From Diplonema japonicum (Eukaryota > Protista > Euglenozoa: Diplonemea): a stretch of 64,000 nucleotides of DNA. Both the position numbers and the translations under genes were made by a program. Position 1 is the first letter of the stretch; the number at the start of each line of letters is the position of its first letter. Below are positions 12,350 through 24,107 of the stretch, in pieces. The stretch is taken from positions 434,001 through 498,000 of the forward strand of contig OZ025703.1 of the NCBI GenBank assembly GCA_964019335.1, read 5' to 3'. The notes beneath the pieces are model-generated. The model was not told where the DNA came from. It saw only the letters and a program-made list of their open reading frames with translations, and made no database searches.

Positions 12350-13781
12350 TTTTTTTTTTTGTTTTTTCTTTCTTCCGTTTTTTCACAACGCCCGCCAAGA
12401 TTAGCGTTGCTCCGGGTGTCCACCCCACCATTCTTTTGTCTTGCTAAGAGTAGTGGTAACTTGTAGGTTTAACCTTCGGCGAGGGTTAACTCCTTTTATT
12501 TTTTTTTTTATTTTTCCCTTTCTTAGTGGGTGGTCGCAACACTTGCGCGTACCCACTTCATTCTGTTTATTATTATTATTTCCACCAGAGTTCTTCCTGA
12601 AGAAAAGAAACAATCCCCCCCCCCCCCCCCCCGTTCCTTTTTCTCTTATCCATAAAAGGACCGCATAAAGGAGCCACAGGGTGTGCACACATTCTTTTTC
12701 CGATCAGCCCAGGATCATTATGGTTAGAATAATAGAAGAAGAAAAAAAGGGGGGGGGGTGCGATAAACCACATTTGTAACACGATTGTAGGGCTGTAGAG
12801 GCTCTTCCAGGTATAAGAAATGCAAATGGTGAGCTTCTGTCCCCTTTTTCTTCCCCTATTTCTTTCCACTCCTGTGCAAAAGCTGACCCTTCGCAGCTTA
12901 TTCTTCTTCTTCTTTCCTTGTAAGACGGTTCTCATAAAGAGGGTTTTGTCTACGGGGAAGGGAAGAAATGCCTCAAAAGTACACCTGAAAAATGTAAATG
13001 AAAAAAAAAAAAAAAAAAAGAATAGAGGTTTTTTTTCCCACAGAAAATGATGCGGGAGGAGGGCAAAAAAAAAAAAAAAAAAAAAAAAAAGAAAAAGAAA
13101 ATGCCACTGTTTTATTTATAGAAAGAATTATTAGACGAGGGAAAGGAAAAAAAAAAATAAAGATTTTTTTTTCTCCCCCAGTAGAGTACAATTAAAAAGA
13201 GGGAAGCAACAACGGAAGAAGAATAAAAAAAAAATGATGAAAAAAGAAAAGAAAAAAAAAATCTTTTTTAAGAAATCAATAACCTTATTTCTTTTTTTTT
13301 TTATTTTTCCATCTATTATTTTGTAATTCGTCCCCCCTCCCCCTCCTCCCATTTATCCGACCCTTCCTTGACAAATAAGGAAGAGGTTTTTTTTATTTTT
13401 TATTTTTTTTTTTTTTACTGGGGTTTTCTTGATTCATTTTTTCTGTCTTGCGAAATCGCCCCGCCTTCTTTTTGCCATCAGCATATGTTGCAAGAAAAAA
13501 AAAAGAAAAAAAAAAAAAAAAACGGACGAGTTGTAAGTTGTGGAAAAAGTTAATTCTCGTCCCTTTAGGACGGAGGTGGAGGGTTCTGCACACTACAACG
13601 AGAATAGTCCGTCTCGTCCGCACTATGCCACAGGGGGATAGTGCAGCCTTTGAAAACTTGGTAAAAAGAATTAGAGATCAGAAAGATTGGAGTTTCCTAG
13701 GGTTTTTTTTTTGACCCCCCCGCCACCCCCCGCTCATTTTAATTTTTTTGCTGTGGAAACAAAGTTAAAAGGGGAAAATTG

Positions 13782-13821
<40 letters not shown>

Positions 13822-14200
13822 GAGAAACCAACGTCAGCCTTATTTTTTAGGGCATATACCCAAAAAGAAAAAAAAAAGGAAAAGAAAAAAAGAAAAAAAA
13901 AAACGAAGTTCCTCTTTCTTTTTAAAAAGTTTTTTTTTAAATATTTTATTCCAGAAACTTTGAAAAATTTTTTGTTGAGGGGGGAAAGAGAGTACAAGGA
14001 ATAACTTTTTTTTTTTTACGTTCCTTGCACAGAAGATCACTTCCCCCCCCCCCCCCCCCCCCTCTCTCTCTCTCTCCACGCTTTCCAAAATTTTACGGTA
14101 TTCTTGTCTTCTTTTTCACATCTTTTTTTTTTTAATATATATTTTACAGCCATGCTTTCCCCCCAAATCACAATCCATTTAAAAGGTTTCCTTTCCCCTC
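12350..14200. repeat. Homopolymer-rich intergenic spacer
   Basis: Dense poly-A/T/C/G tracts; no credible ORF. Confidence 0.8.
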
Positions 14201-14207
14201 CTATGCA

Positions 14208-15311
14208 ATGTTAGCGGCCGTGTTATTTACATTATTCTCAGCTGCAGAGGGAGCAAGGTGCTCATGGGGGAAGAGCACCACCGGCGGCGTAACCACCGGA
14301 CGAACAGTTTCGACCAACAGTGAAACAGGCTGCCAGACAGAATGCGAGAAAGACAACTCTTGCAAGAGCATCTCCTACAAGGGCAATACGTGCACATTGC
14401 ACCCCTGCACCGCGGGTTCAGTTGGGTGCTTGAACCTCACCTCCGACGGCGAATATTTCACTTGCAACGACATCCTGGATGAATGCCTCATCCATAGAAA
14501 AACATGCCTTGCGGCGGGACAAGAATGTCGTGACACCAACCTGAAGACAAGCGGGGACTGGGAATGCCACTGTACACCGCCGGCTTCAGGTCGAGCAACT
14601 GCAAAACAAGCTTCATGTGTCCCAACCCCAGGGTGTACCTCTCATCATGTGTTCTGCAATCAGATAGGTCAGGAATGCAAGGAGACGTCGAACGATTGGA
14701 CATGCACGTGCCCTGCACCTGCCAAGGAAGGCGGGCCGCTCACCTGTGTCATCAACGAGTGCTCAGGCAACACACAGTGCGCGTTGGGAACTCAATGTCG
14801 TGACCTCAACGTCTCGCACCTGTCATTGGACGACTGGGTGTGTGTTGCTCCTAGTGCACCACCACCTCCTGTGGGTAATTGTAGTGGTTTAACGAATGCG
14901 CAATGCAGTGCGCCGTGTGTGTGGGAGAGCTCCTCAGCGGTGTGCCGTTCTGGTGATGATGGTGATGACGATGGGTTCCCGTTGGTACCCTTCGTTGTTG
15001 TCAGTACCGGTGCGTGTTTCTTGAGTGTTGGGTGTTTTATTTTCTTTCTTGAGAAAAGGCGGCCCATGCCACCGACACCTACCGACGAGCCGCTCATCAT
15101 GTTTGACACAAGAAGGACGGCAACACCCACGAAGCATAAAGTGGCGCCTGAACGCGATGCGCCTCCTTCGATGCCCCTGTCCCTGCCGATTGCTCACGCC
15201 GACGATATTCCTTGCGCTGTCCCGCCCTTGTCCAGACCTCCGAATCGTGTCTTTAAACAAGGGCATTTTACCTCATCTCCCGTTCCTCCTATTTCTCCTG
15301 TATCTACCTGA
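14208..15311 (+). CDS. Type I membrane protein with PAN/apple-like and EGF-like Cys-rich repeats
   Basis: Signal peptide; CQTECEKDNSCKSISY (PAN-like); DEC...GQECRD...GDWECHC repeats; TM segment FPLVPFVVV...FIFF; Pro-rich tail. Confidence 0.85.
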   Translation: MLAAVLFTLFSAAEGARCSWGKSTTGGVTTGRTVSTNSETGCQTECEKDNSCKSISYKGNTCTLHPCTAGSVGCLNLTSDGEYFTCNDILDECLIHRKTCLAAGQECRDTNLKTSGDWECHCTPPASGRATAKQASCVPTPGCTSHHVFCNQIGQECKETSNDWTCTCPAPAKEGGPLTCVINECSGNTQCALGTQCRDLNVSHLSLDDWVCVAPSAPPPPVGNCSGLTNAQCSAPCVWESSSAVCRSGDDGDDDGFPLVPFVVVSTGACFLSVGCFIFFLEKRRPMPPTPTDEPLIMFDTRRTATPTKHKVAPERDAPPSMPLSLPIAHADDIPCAVPPLSRPPNRVFKQGHFTSSPVPPISPVST

Positions 15312-15567
15312 GCTACCCCCTGTGTGGCTCACTTTATCCGGTAGTCGGGTAGTAAGTATATGTTTTAATGTCTGACCTCCTCTTTTTCTTAAAGAATTGT
15401 TAACACCTGTGTAACACACAAAAAAAAAAAAGAAGAAAAAAAGAATAATAGGATGAACTTGGGGGGTAACTTACATCCCTTCCTTTTTTTGCTTCCTTTT
15501 TTTTTCCCCCTTACGTCTGGCCACCAGCAGAAACACTCGTATCACGTGCCTTACCACCTTCAGGAAT

Positions 15568-18500
15568 ATGTACCATGATAGGGACCGCCTGCCTCCGAAC
15601 TCTGCAGCAGCGCAAACCATGCAGGGCGCCATAGACGGGGCGGCGTGGAATGCTGTGCGAGCGCTGCACATGCTTGATGAGTTAGATGGGGTACAGAAGG
15701 CAACAAGACATGCACAGAATCATGGTGCTCCTACAGGAGGGAATTCCCCCTTGTCATATGGGAGAAGTAGGGTAAGCCCTAGGAGGGGGCCAACTATCCA
15801 AGACTATGCAGCACCTTCTAGCACTCCCGCGCATCGGGACACAGGAACAGGTGCAGCACAATTCAGCTCTGTGTCAGGGGTTCCTGCAAGCACACCAGCT
15901 AACAGGGACATGGGGACATCAGCCCAAACACCCATCGTGTCGCCTGCTGTGGTCAAAGGCAGTGATGTTATCTTGTTGGATTCAAGAGTGGTCGGGACGT
16001 TGTGTGCAAAAATAAAATGCAAGGTTCCCCCTTCCATAACACAGTACTGCGGGGGGCTTGCTGTTGGAAAGATGGTCTCGCGTGCGGGTGAGATCGCTGT
16101 CGTGGACTTCGGGAGCGACATCTTCACAGTGCCGTACCAGGCGCTCACTTCTGTGCAGAACCTGAGCTCCGTTCGCAGAAAGGCGGCACCACCACAGCGG
16201 GATACGAAAGAGATGCAAGTCTCACAACTGGTGCGCTCCTTGAAGCTCAAGGCAGATGCTCTCCGGCGGAAGGACGACGAGCTTGTATCGTCTAAGAAGG
16301 AGGTGTTCCTTCTGAAGAGGCAGCTCGACAAAGCAGGAATGGCTTCGTGGGTGCACGCACAGGTGCTTGATGAGCGTGTACTGTTCCTACCGAAAGCAGA
16401 CACAGTGATCCCAGTGGGGACAGACATCACACACCACTTGGACGAGAACGAGGGAGAAGGAGGTGAGGGCGATCCAGATGCGAACAGACGGCCGCCTTCT
16501 GTCGAGGGAACCGAAATAGTTTTAGGAGCGGAAAAGTACTGCAGCCTAGTGGTGAACGGGCAGAACATGTACGCGCACAATGCAACGGACGACATGCAAA
16601 TCGACTTCTGTTTGAAGCTCGGGCAGGAGGGTGTCCAGGGGTCGAAGCGTGTGCTGTGGTCGCCCAACGCACCTCGAACCTTTACCATCCGGATCTTCCC
16701 TGGTGAGACCCTCCCCATCGCAGAACTGAATAACGAATGGGACAGCAGGTACTCAGTGTCGTTCAGCTATGGCCCTGTGGCAGATGAACGCTTCTTAAAC
16801 AGTTTGAAGCAAGACAGAGGACAAGTGACTGGGAATGAAATGAATGTTGCGACAGGGCTCGCCACCGAGAACGGTGTGGACTACACACGAGTGAGCGCCT
16901 TGGAGCACATGATAGAACTCTGCGTGACTTACAATGCCATGTTCGTGGACATGCAATTCCCGCCCACCTCCGCGTCTCTCACGGATAAGGGAAAGCAGGT
17001 TCCTGTGTCATGGATGCGGCCGCAGCAGTTCATGAAGTCCCCGGTGCTGTTCAAGTCCAGCCCGCAGAGCGGCAACATAATCATGGGAGGTCTGGGTGAC
17101 TGCTTCTTCATTGATGCAGTGTCAGCACTTGTGGACGCCGGTGCTGGTAACGACGGGTACCTCATCAAGAGGCTGCTGACGCCCCCGCTGAACGACGCCG
17201 CGCTGCAAAAGGAGCAAAGCTTAGGCATCTACAGGATATCGCTGTGCATGAACGGGTGGTGGAACTGGCACGTTGTAGACAGCTGTCTTCCAATGGAAGA
17301 CGGACTGCACACCAAGCTTGCATACGCAAGGTGCAAGGACCCCGACGAGCTGTGGTTGGCGATACTGCAAAAGGCATACGCAAAAAGCCACGGGACCTAC
17401 CATGACATCATCCATGGCAACGTGGCACATGTGCTTGCCGATCTGTCGGGGTTTCCAACGGAGGTCATCGATTGGCAGCAGGATCACTTGTTCGACATCC
17501 TCATCCAGCACTTCAAGGAGGGGCACCCGCTGCTGCTCACCTCCACGTCGATGGACATCACTACGGTATGCATTGTTTATCCTCCACCCATAAACCTCCT
17601 GCAGACTGTGGAAGAAGTGGACCGCTTCAAGGAAGCGGGCATCATGCCTGGCAGGGTGCACGCTGTGTTGGATATTCGGTATTTCGAAGACAAGGATTTG
17701 AGCTTGATCAAGGTGCAGAACACAATAGGGGAAAGCTCTGTGTGGAACGGCGACTGGGCGAATGATGCACCTGCGTGGGGCGACGCACCTGAGGTGGCTG
17801 AGGCGTGTGACAGGACAGACGAGAAAGCGATCTGGATGAGCTTCCGCGAGTGCAGATCTTACTTCGACAACGTTGGTGCATTGCTTGTGACACATAACTG
17901 GTGGGATCTTCGGTTCAAAACAGGCTTCTACGACTCACGCCCGGCGCACTCCTTTGTATTCACTGTATTCAAGGACACAGATGCCTTGGTGTCTGTGGTG
18001 CAGTCTGATCACGAGAAGCACATTAACACACACGCAGCCATCCGCGTAGAGGTCATCGAGAGGACGGCAAAGGGGCGATGGGAGACTGTCGTCGAATCCG
18101 ACGCGAGGTTCACGCGAGGCAGGGACGTACACACGTCGTTCTTTTCATTCCGTGCTGGATGCGTCTACAGCGTCCTTCTGCACCAGTGGTCCAAGGAGGA
18201 GAATGCGTATTGCAGGAACAAGAAAGATGTTGTGCTAAGGGTGGCGACGAAAGAGCGGAACTTCGGTGTCCTAAAGGTCGTAGAAATGACGCGAGAGATG
18301 ACGGAATGCCTCCATTACGAAGGCTACCCCGGGTTCAGCCCCTCGTCAGGACAGCCTGTTTATGTCGATGCACAGGAAGATGCTGTGGACTGTGAGTCTC
18401 GGGTCATCATGCCGGAGGAGATCACATCCACCTTGCCAGCGGACGCACTGGACACTACATCACTCACAGGCAGTGCCGTGGACTCTGATGATGATGAGGG

Positions 18501-18732
18501 CATAAGTATCGTGTCGCAGGAGAGGGAGATTGCCGCCGACCCCCACGTCACCGCGTCACGCCTTAGGATGCACATCGGCACTGTGGTATGCTCTGCACTA
18601 ATATACTTCCCAAATTTCCCACAGTTGGAGAACCTGCACCCCGACGACAGAGAGCTCCTGTGCGGTATTGCCGACAACCTAGAGCGAGGGGAGGGCGCCA
18701 TGCAGAACTGGGTGGGGAAGCTGTATCGATAG
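15568..18732 (+). CDS. Calpain-like protein (DUF1935-like + CysPc + domain III), probably inactive
   Basis: FVDMQFPP, LGDCFF, ELWLAILQKAYAKSHGTY, WNGDW, IWMSF. In-frame introns 17566-17604 and 18586-18624. Confidence 0.9.
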   Translation: MYHDRDRLPPNSAAAQTMQGAIDGAAWNAVRALHMLDELDGVQKATRHAQNHGAPTGGNSPLSYGRSRVSPRRGPTIQDYAAPSSTPAHRDTGTGAAQFSSVSGVPASTPANRDMGTSAQTPIVSPAVVKGSDVILLDSRVVGTLCAKIKCKVPPSITQYCGGLAVGKMVSRAGEIAVVDFGSDIFTVPYQALTSVQNLSSVRRKAAPPQRDTKEMQVSQLVRSLKLKADALRRKDDELVSSKKEVFLLKRQLDKAGMASWVHAQVLDERVLFLPKADTVIPVGTDITHHLDENEGEGGEGDPDANRRPPSVEGTEIVLGAEKYCSLVVNGQNMYAHNATDDMQIDFCLKLGQEGVQGSKRVLWSPNAPRTFTIRIFPGETLPIAELNNEWDSRYSVSFSYGPVADERFLNSLKQDRGQVTGNEMNVATGLATENGVDYTRVSALEHMIELCVTYNAMFVDMQFPPTSASLTDKGKQVPVSWMRPQQFMKSPVLFKSSPQSGNIIMGGLGDCFFIDAVSALVDAGAGNDGYLIKRLLTPPLNDAALQKEQSLGIYRISLCMNGWWNWHVVDSCLPMEDGLHTKLAYARCKDPDELWLAILQKAYAKSHGTYHDIIHGNVAHVLADLSGFPTEVIDWQQDHLFDILIQHFKEGHPLLLTSTSMDITTVCIVYPPPINLLQTVEEVDRFKEAGIMPGRVHAVLDIRYFEDKDLSLIKVQNTIGESSVWNGDWANDAPAWGDAPEVAEACDRTDEKAIWMSFRECRSYFDNVGALLVTHNWWDLRFKTGFYDSRPAHSFVFTVFKDTDALVSVVQSDHEKHINTHAAIRVEVIERTAKGRWETVVESDARFTRGRDVHTSFFSFRAGCVYSVLLHQWSKEENAYCRNKKDVVLRVATKERNFGVLKVVEMTREMTECLHYEGYPGFSPSSGQPVYVDAQEDAVDCESRVIMPEEITSTLPADALDTTSLTGSAVDSDDDEGISIVSQEREIAADPHVTASRLRMHIGTVVCSALIYFPNFPQLENLHPDDRELLCGIADNLERGEGAMQNWVGKLYR

Positions 18733-18820
18733 AGATGTCATATTAACCAACGCTAGATAATATGTTAGACATGTAATTCAATTGCAAGCATGTTCACCTG
18801 ACTTAAGCATTACAGGAAGG

Positions 18821-20924
18821 ATGTCGGAAGAGCTGTCAGAAAGCGGGGCGCCCACCGTGTCAGGCACGGCCACTACGTCGCCTGCCGTGTCGCACTTGAC
18901 ATCGATAAGTGAGAAGCATAACTCGATGGTGCTTGGCGGGCGGACACGAAGCTACATAGAGCTTAGCGAGAGGTACCAGATGCTGGTGAAGGAGCACAGC
19001 AATGATGACAAAAGCAAGCAGATAGAATCTCTTAAACAGAGAAATGAGGTGCTAGAGCAGCAGCATGGTCAGGTCCAAGACATCGAAGAGCAGCTGTCCA
19101 AGCAATACCAAGCCAACACCGCATTGCTCGCGACCCGCGAAGACGAAAGTCGGCGTGCTTTGAAGGTGTGTTCTAAAACAAAGACTGCCCTCCGACACTC
19201 ACAGGTGCAAGAGGACCACTCGTTCTTTTCTGTCTGCCAAAGCCTCAGCAGTGCCAAGAAATCCGACGTTGACCTGCAGACAGTTAAAGTGGACATCACT
19301 AGGACCAGGGTATGCAAGACTCATCCCTCACACCCTTCAGGAATTGCTCGATGAAGCACGCCGCCGGGAAGCAGCAGCATTGCAAACAGTGCGCCAAATG
19401 GAAGCGGACCGCGAGCTGCAACAAGAAAAACTAAACGATGCAAAACGAGAAAGCCACGATCTCAGGAGGCAGGTAACGACAATGGAACGCAAGGGTGTTA
19501 CGATGGAAGGCCTGGAGAAGGTAGAGAAGCAGGAAACAGAGGCGGAAATGCGACGGCTTCGAGCACAGGTTGAGGAGATGAAAGGCGAGAAAGAACTGCT
19601 TGCGTTGGAGCGTGCAGGGCTTCTCAGAGAAAAGGAAGCGCTCCTTGAGATACAAGGTCACAACAACGAGCTGGAGAGCATCGTGCAGAGCTACAAGACA
19701 TCGCATGCGGCGATGCAGAGTGAGTTCAATCACATGCAGAAGCTTGTGGCTGAGTTGCAGCAAGAGCTGGATCAACGCAACTCACGCCTCTCCGCGTACG
19801 AGAAGGAAGACCGTCAGTTTAAGTCGGACGGCGGCCATGTGGCGGTAGGACTTAGGGAAGAAATAGCACTCCTTGAACAAAAGCTTCGTGAATCGCATGG
19901 TGACACAGAGACCCGTCTGCAGGCAGACATGGAGGCCATGCTGAATATGCAGAATGCGGCGATGGAAAGGGACAACCTGCTGCTTAAAATGCGCGAAGAC
20001 TACAAAGCGCTCCAAGCTACGAACGATGCTCTCGTGCAAGATAAAGAAATCGTCATGTCGAAATTGGTGGCTGAGAGACAAGTGTCGGAGGATCTGCGCA
20101 ACACAGGGCGCTCAAGCAAGTACGCCCTGCAGTACCCCTCTACAGGTCTCGTGTCAGCAAGCACGCAAACGGACCCTCCAATCGTGCAAGAAAAGCGCAA
20201 CTCGAGAATCAGTGACATGGGGAGCTCTGCCACTGCAATGAGTGTCGAGGAGCTGAAGAGGAACATAGCCAGTTCACAAAGCTCGCTGCTAGAACTCCAG
20301 CATGAGGCTGAAGAGAAGGCCGTCGATCTGAACGCAATGAAGAGCGTGCTGCACACGAAGCTTCACAACGCGATCGAGGAGCTGGACAGCACCATGACAC
20401 CAACCTTTGCAGTGAATGCAAGTGCTTTGGGCATAGGGTACAGCTCCCACAGCGAAAACAGATCGCCTAGGAGGTCTCCGCGCGGGGTGGGGCAGAGGTT
20501 AGGGTCACTGATGCTCAGCACCAGTTTCACTCCTGAGAAGAAGACAGCTGTGACCCCACTGGACGTCACGAAATCGTACAAGAAAACAGAGGATGACTTG
20601 CAGTCTTTGCGGCAGAAGGTTTCAAACCTTAAGCTCCTGCAACAGCAGCTGGACCAAGGTGCGAAACTCATGTCGCAGCCTGTGACTGCGCCTGTGCAAA
20701 CCCCCGCGTCCCCATACAGATCGGAAGCATCGCCTTACGCCAGCACCGCTATTGCTACGGAGGTGGTTCATTACGACCGCAGCGCTTCCCAACACCCTTC
20801 TGAGTGGTCCCCGAGATCACACGGATCACCCATACCGGCACCTCCCAACCCCATGCACAGCAGTGAACCGTCTCATGCCATCATGCAGCGGTTGCTGAGC
20901 TGTGCTTCGCACGACACACATTAG
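18821..20924 (+). CDS. Coiled-coil protein
   Basis: Heptad-rich; introns 19166-19204 and 19310-19340 join the two ORFs. Confidence 0.75.
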
Positions 20925-21010
20925 AAAACCTTAGAGTATTAGCACCTTGTATTTCTTTTAGAAAGGCTTTTTTTTTCTCCTCATCATGTTCCTCGACAAG
21001 ACTTAAACGA

Positions 21011-24000
21011 ATGTGGAAAAGTAAAAAGAAGCGGCCAAGATGCAGTGTAGGGGTGGTGGTAGAAGTTGACTGGAAAGAAGACGACGTGCTGCGGGTGGTT
21101 GAGAGCATCGGTGCTTATGGAGAAGGACGAACATACAGGTTCAAGGTTGTAGTGCCGGTCTTGATGCAAGCGGGCAGTGTTGAGGCACGGCTGCGTGTGC
21201 TGCTCACATCCAGGTTCAAAGGCTGCCGGCTTAAAGTCGTCTATGCATCAATCCCTTACTACTTCGAGGGCAACACTGTGGAGTATGATTATATGTCGGA
21301 GGTCATGCAGAATGAGTACGTGTACACCACCAACGAAGGGCTACTTGCACAGAAGCAGGGGACTACCATAATCCCTATCCGGCAGTCTGGACACGAAGCA
21401 CTGGAAATGGCACAAAGCGCAGCTGCAGAGAGGGCTGTACAGTCACGCATCGAGACATGCCCAAACCTCCCTTTGACACCTCATCTGATGACGATTGTCA
21501 GGAGGTTGAACCATGAACAGGTGGTAGGAGTGGAGGCAGGGACTGGTTCCGGGAAGAGCACGTTGATACCATTTGCACTGCTTGTGTGGTGCAAGGAATT
21601 CTACAAAGAGCATCGCATAGTGGTTGCGATGCCTCGCAGGATGACCGTTTTGAACGTATACAACACGATGACCGCCTTCGTGGACGATGTGGGGTACAAG
21701 ATTGGGGGTGCGGAGGTGAACCCTGAGGCACAGCTGCTTTACGTCACCACAGGGCACTTGCTGAAGCAACTCATCAGTTCACACAGCATCCCCTATCGCT
21801 ACATTGTCCTTGATGAGTGCCATCTAAAAACGGCTGAGCTGGATTTGCTATGTGCTGTCCTGCAGCGTCTTCACCCCCCGCGCGTGCTCCTCATGTCAGC
21901 CACCTTCCCAGAGAGACCACGACTGGAGCTGACGTCTGCCCTCATCACAGCTCACGCGCAGCCTTTTCCCGTCACAGTGCACTACTTGCAAGATATTCCA
22001 CACATAGTGTCGCCTGCTAATATTCCCAGCGACGTCAGGGCGAGAGGCAATACTCTTCTGGTGCTCCTGAAGACGCTCTGCACCGAACGTGTGCAACACG
22101 ATGAAAACAGTTGTATTTTAGTATTTGTATACGGCATGCAGCCCATGGACGAGGTGGAGGGACTGCTCGGTGCAGAGAACGAGGTGGAGTGCATAAGACT
22201 GCATTCCCTGCTGCCAGGAAATTACTCAAAAGCCGTGTCGGCCCAGAAAGTAAAGGTGCGCGTGATCGTGTCAACAAACACAGCTGAGCTGGGCGTGACA
22301 CTTGGGGCTGTTGATGTGGTTGTTGACAGTTGTTTGGAACGCACCGGACAGAATATGAGTGTGGGGTGCATCACAAAACAGTCAGCTGTGCAACGCAGTG
22401 GACGGGTGGGCAGGTGCTCCCCTGGCACTGTGTACAGGCTCATTACAAATGAGGAGCACCAACATCTCCGAGACGAAGCGGAACCAGAACTGGAGCAAAC
22501 AGTCTCGGAGAGCGTTGTGTTGGACGTGCTGACCTTCGCCGTTGATGAAGACGGTAACGGGACGAGCGTCTTGTCGATGGTTCCTGGGATTGAGTCGCAC
22601 CCACACTTCCAGAACTCGCTTAGTAACCTGGAGACGTATAAAGCTGTGATGCGATCGTCTGAGGGCAGAGGGTACAAGTATACTATCACCGACAGGGGTG
22701 TACTCATGCAGCAGCTGCCCCTTGACCCCGTAATGTCGTATTTTGTATTGCAAGGTGCATCCTGTGGCATGCTGTCTGTGGCAGTGGAAGCTGCTGTCGT
22801 TGTCACTTGTATGCACGTAAGGTATTCACAAGACGTATGCAAGGCAAGTGACAGTACGGGGTCTGATGTTGTGGCTGCGATAAACCTGTTCAGGGCATAC
22901 ACTGCAAATAGCCAGGTTCTGACCACGAAAGAGCTCACGGAGTGGTGCCACACACACGCTCTGAACCCGTCCAGTGCCCGGGAGACGTTCCTGAGATACG
23001 TTGACGTCTGCACTACGCTCAGCAACCATGACTACGACCAGTGCGGTCCGTGTGGCACAGCACCCCTTGCTTACGACGACATCCTATGCCTCAGCATGCT
23101 GTGGGCAATTGTGTTCAGCTCTGACATCGCTGTGTACATCCCTGCCAAGCTGGTATGCCGTGCATTGCGTTTTTACATTTACAGTCTGCAAGCCGCCGCT
23201 TCACGATCCCTGCTGGGTACCAAAGGAGATATACACTGGCAACTAAAAGCAAAACATCAAGGATTGAGATCGAGAAAGCCACGGAGTGCAAGGTTACCAA
23301 AATAGGGCAGCAAGGCAAAACACAATTCGTGGAGATGGAAGTCCGCACACCCCTGGTCTGGGGGAGGCCATACAGTGTGTGGATAGCAGAGAGGCTTGGT
23401 GTTGGGGAAACGGGTTTGAAGGGGAAGCTCAAGAGAATCATTTCGCCTGAAGGACGCAAGGTGCCTATGTTGGGACCTGTGCTCATCCCTGAAAGCGAGT
23501 TCGAGCCCCCTGAACACTGGCCGCCAAACGTCGCAGCCATGCAGGAGCACATGACACTGGTGCTTTCGAATTATGGTTCCTGTACCCTACCGTGCAGCAT
23601 CCCCGGGCTGCTCACCGTTGTTTTACTCCTCAGCCAGTCTTTTGTCGAACCTCGCACAGGGGTTTCTACAAGCGTTCCTGTTGCTGTCGCGGCGGAAGAC
23701 AGTATTGTAACGAAGGGGACTAATATCACAATTTCATGCTGCAGATTGACAGCAGCTTTCGGGCCGCGCTTCAAGGTATACACGTCATCTGGCAATGCAC
23801 AGCAATACAACAGCAACGCTTCAAGCAGGTTTTTGATGCGCTTGGCAGCATCCACCATACCACACAGCCCCTCATGCGCAACCTCTTGTCTACCATGCGC
23901 AAGGCTAGTGCAAGACCTGATGGTGGCATGCAGGGGTTTCACAGCCCTTACTCTGAGTGGCGACACGACGCCTCTATCACTGGCATGTTCCCCCCTTGTT

Positions 24001-24105
24001 TCACATGTTGAACGTTCGGAAGTCCCTTTCATCTTCTTACGAGTGAAAGGCGACTGTTATTTACTGCATGAGCTTCTTCTGCACAGTAACAATTCAAACC
24101 AGTAA
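21011..24105 (+). CDS. DExH/RHA-family RNA helicase
   Basis: Motifs GTGSGKST, PRR, DECH, SAT, STNTAELGVT, QRSGRVGR, and an HA2-like LPLDP. Intron 23153-23184. Start codon uncertain. Confidence 0.88.
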
Positions 24106-24107
24106 AC

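Noticed and set aside
12400-14100. Poly-Lys/poly-Phe ORFs here and at 30.1-31.5 kb
   Set aside because: Translations of homopolymer tracts.
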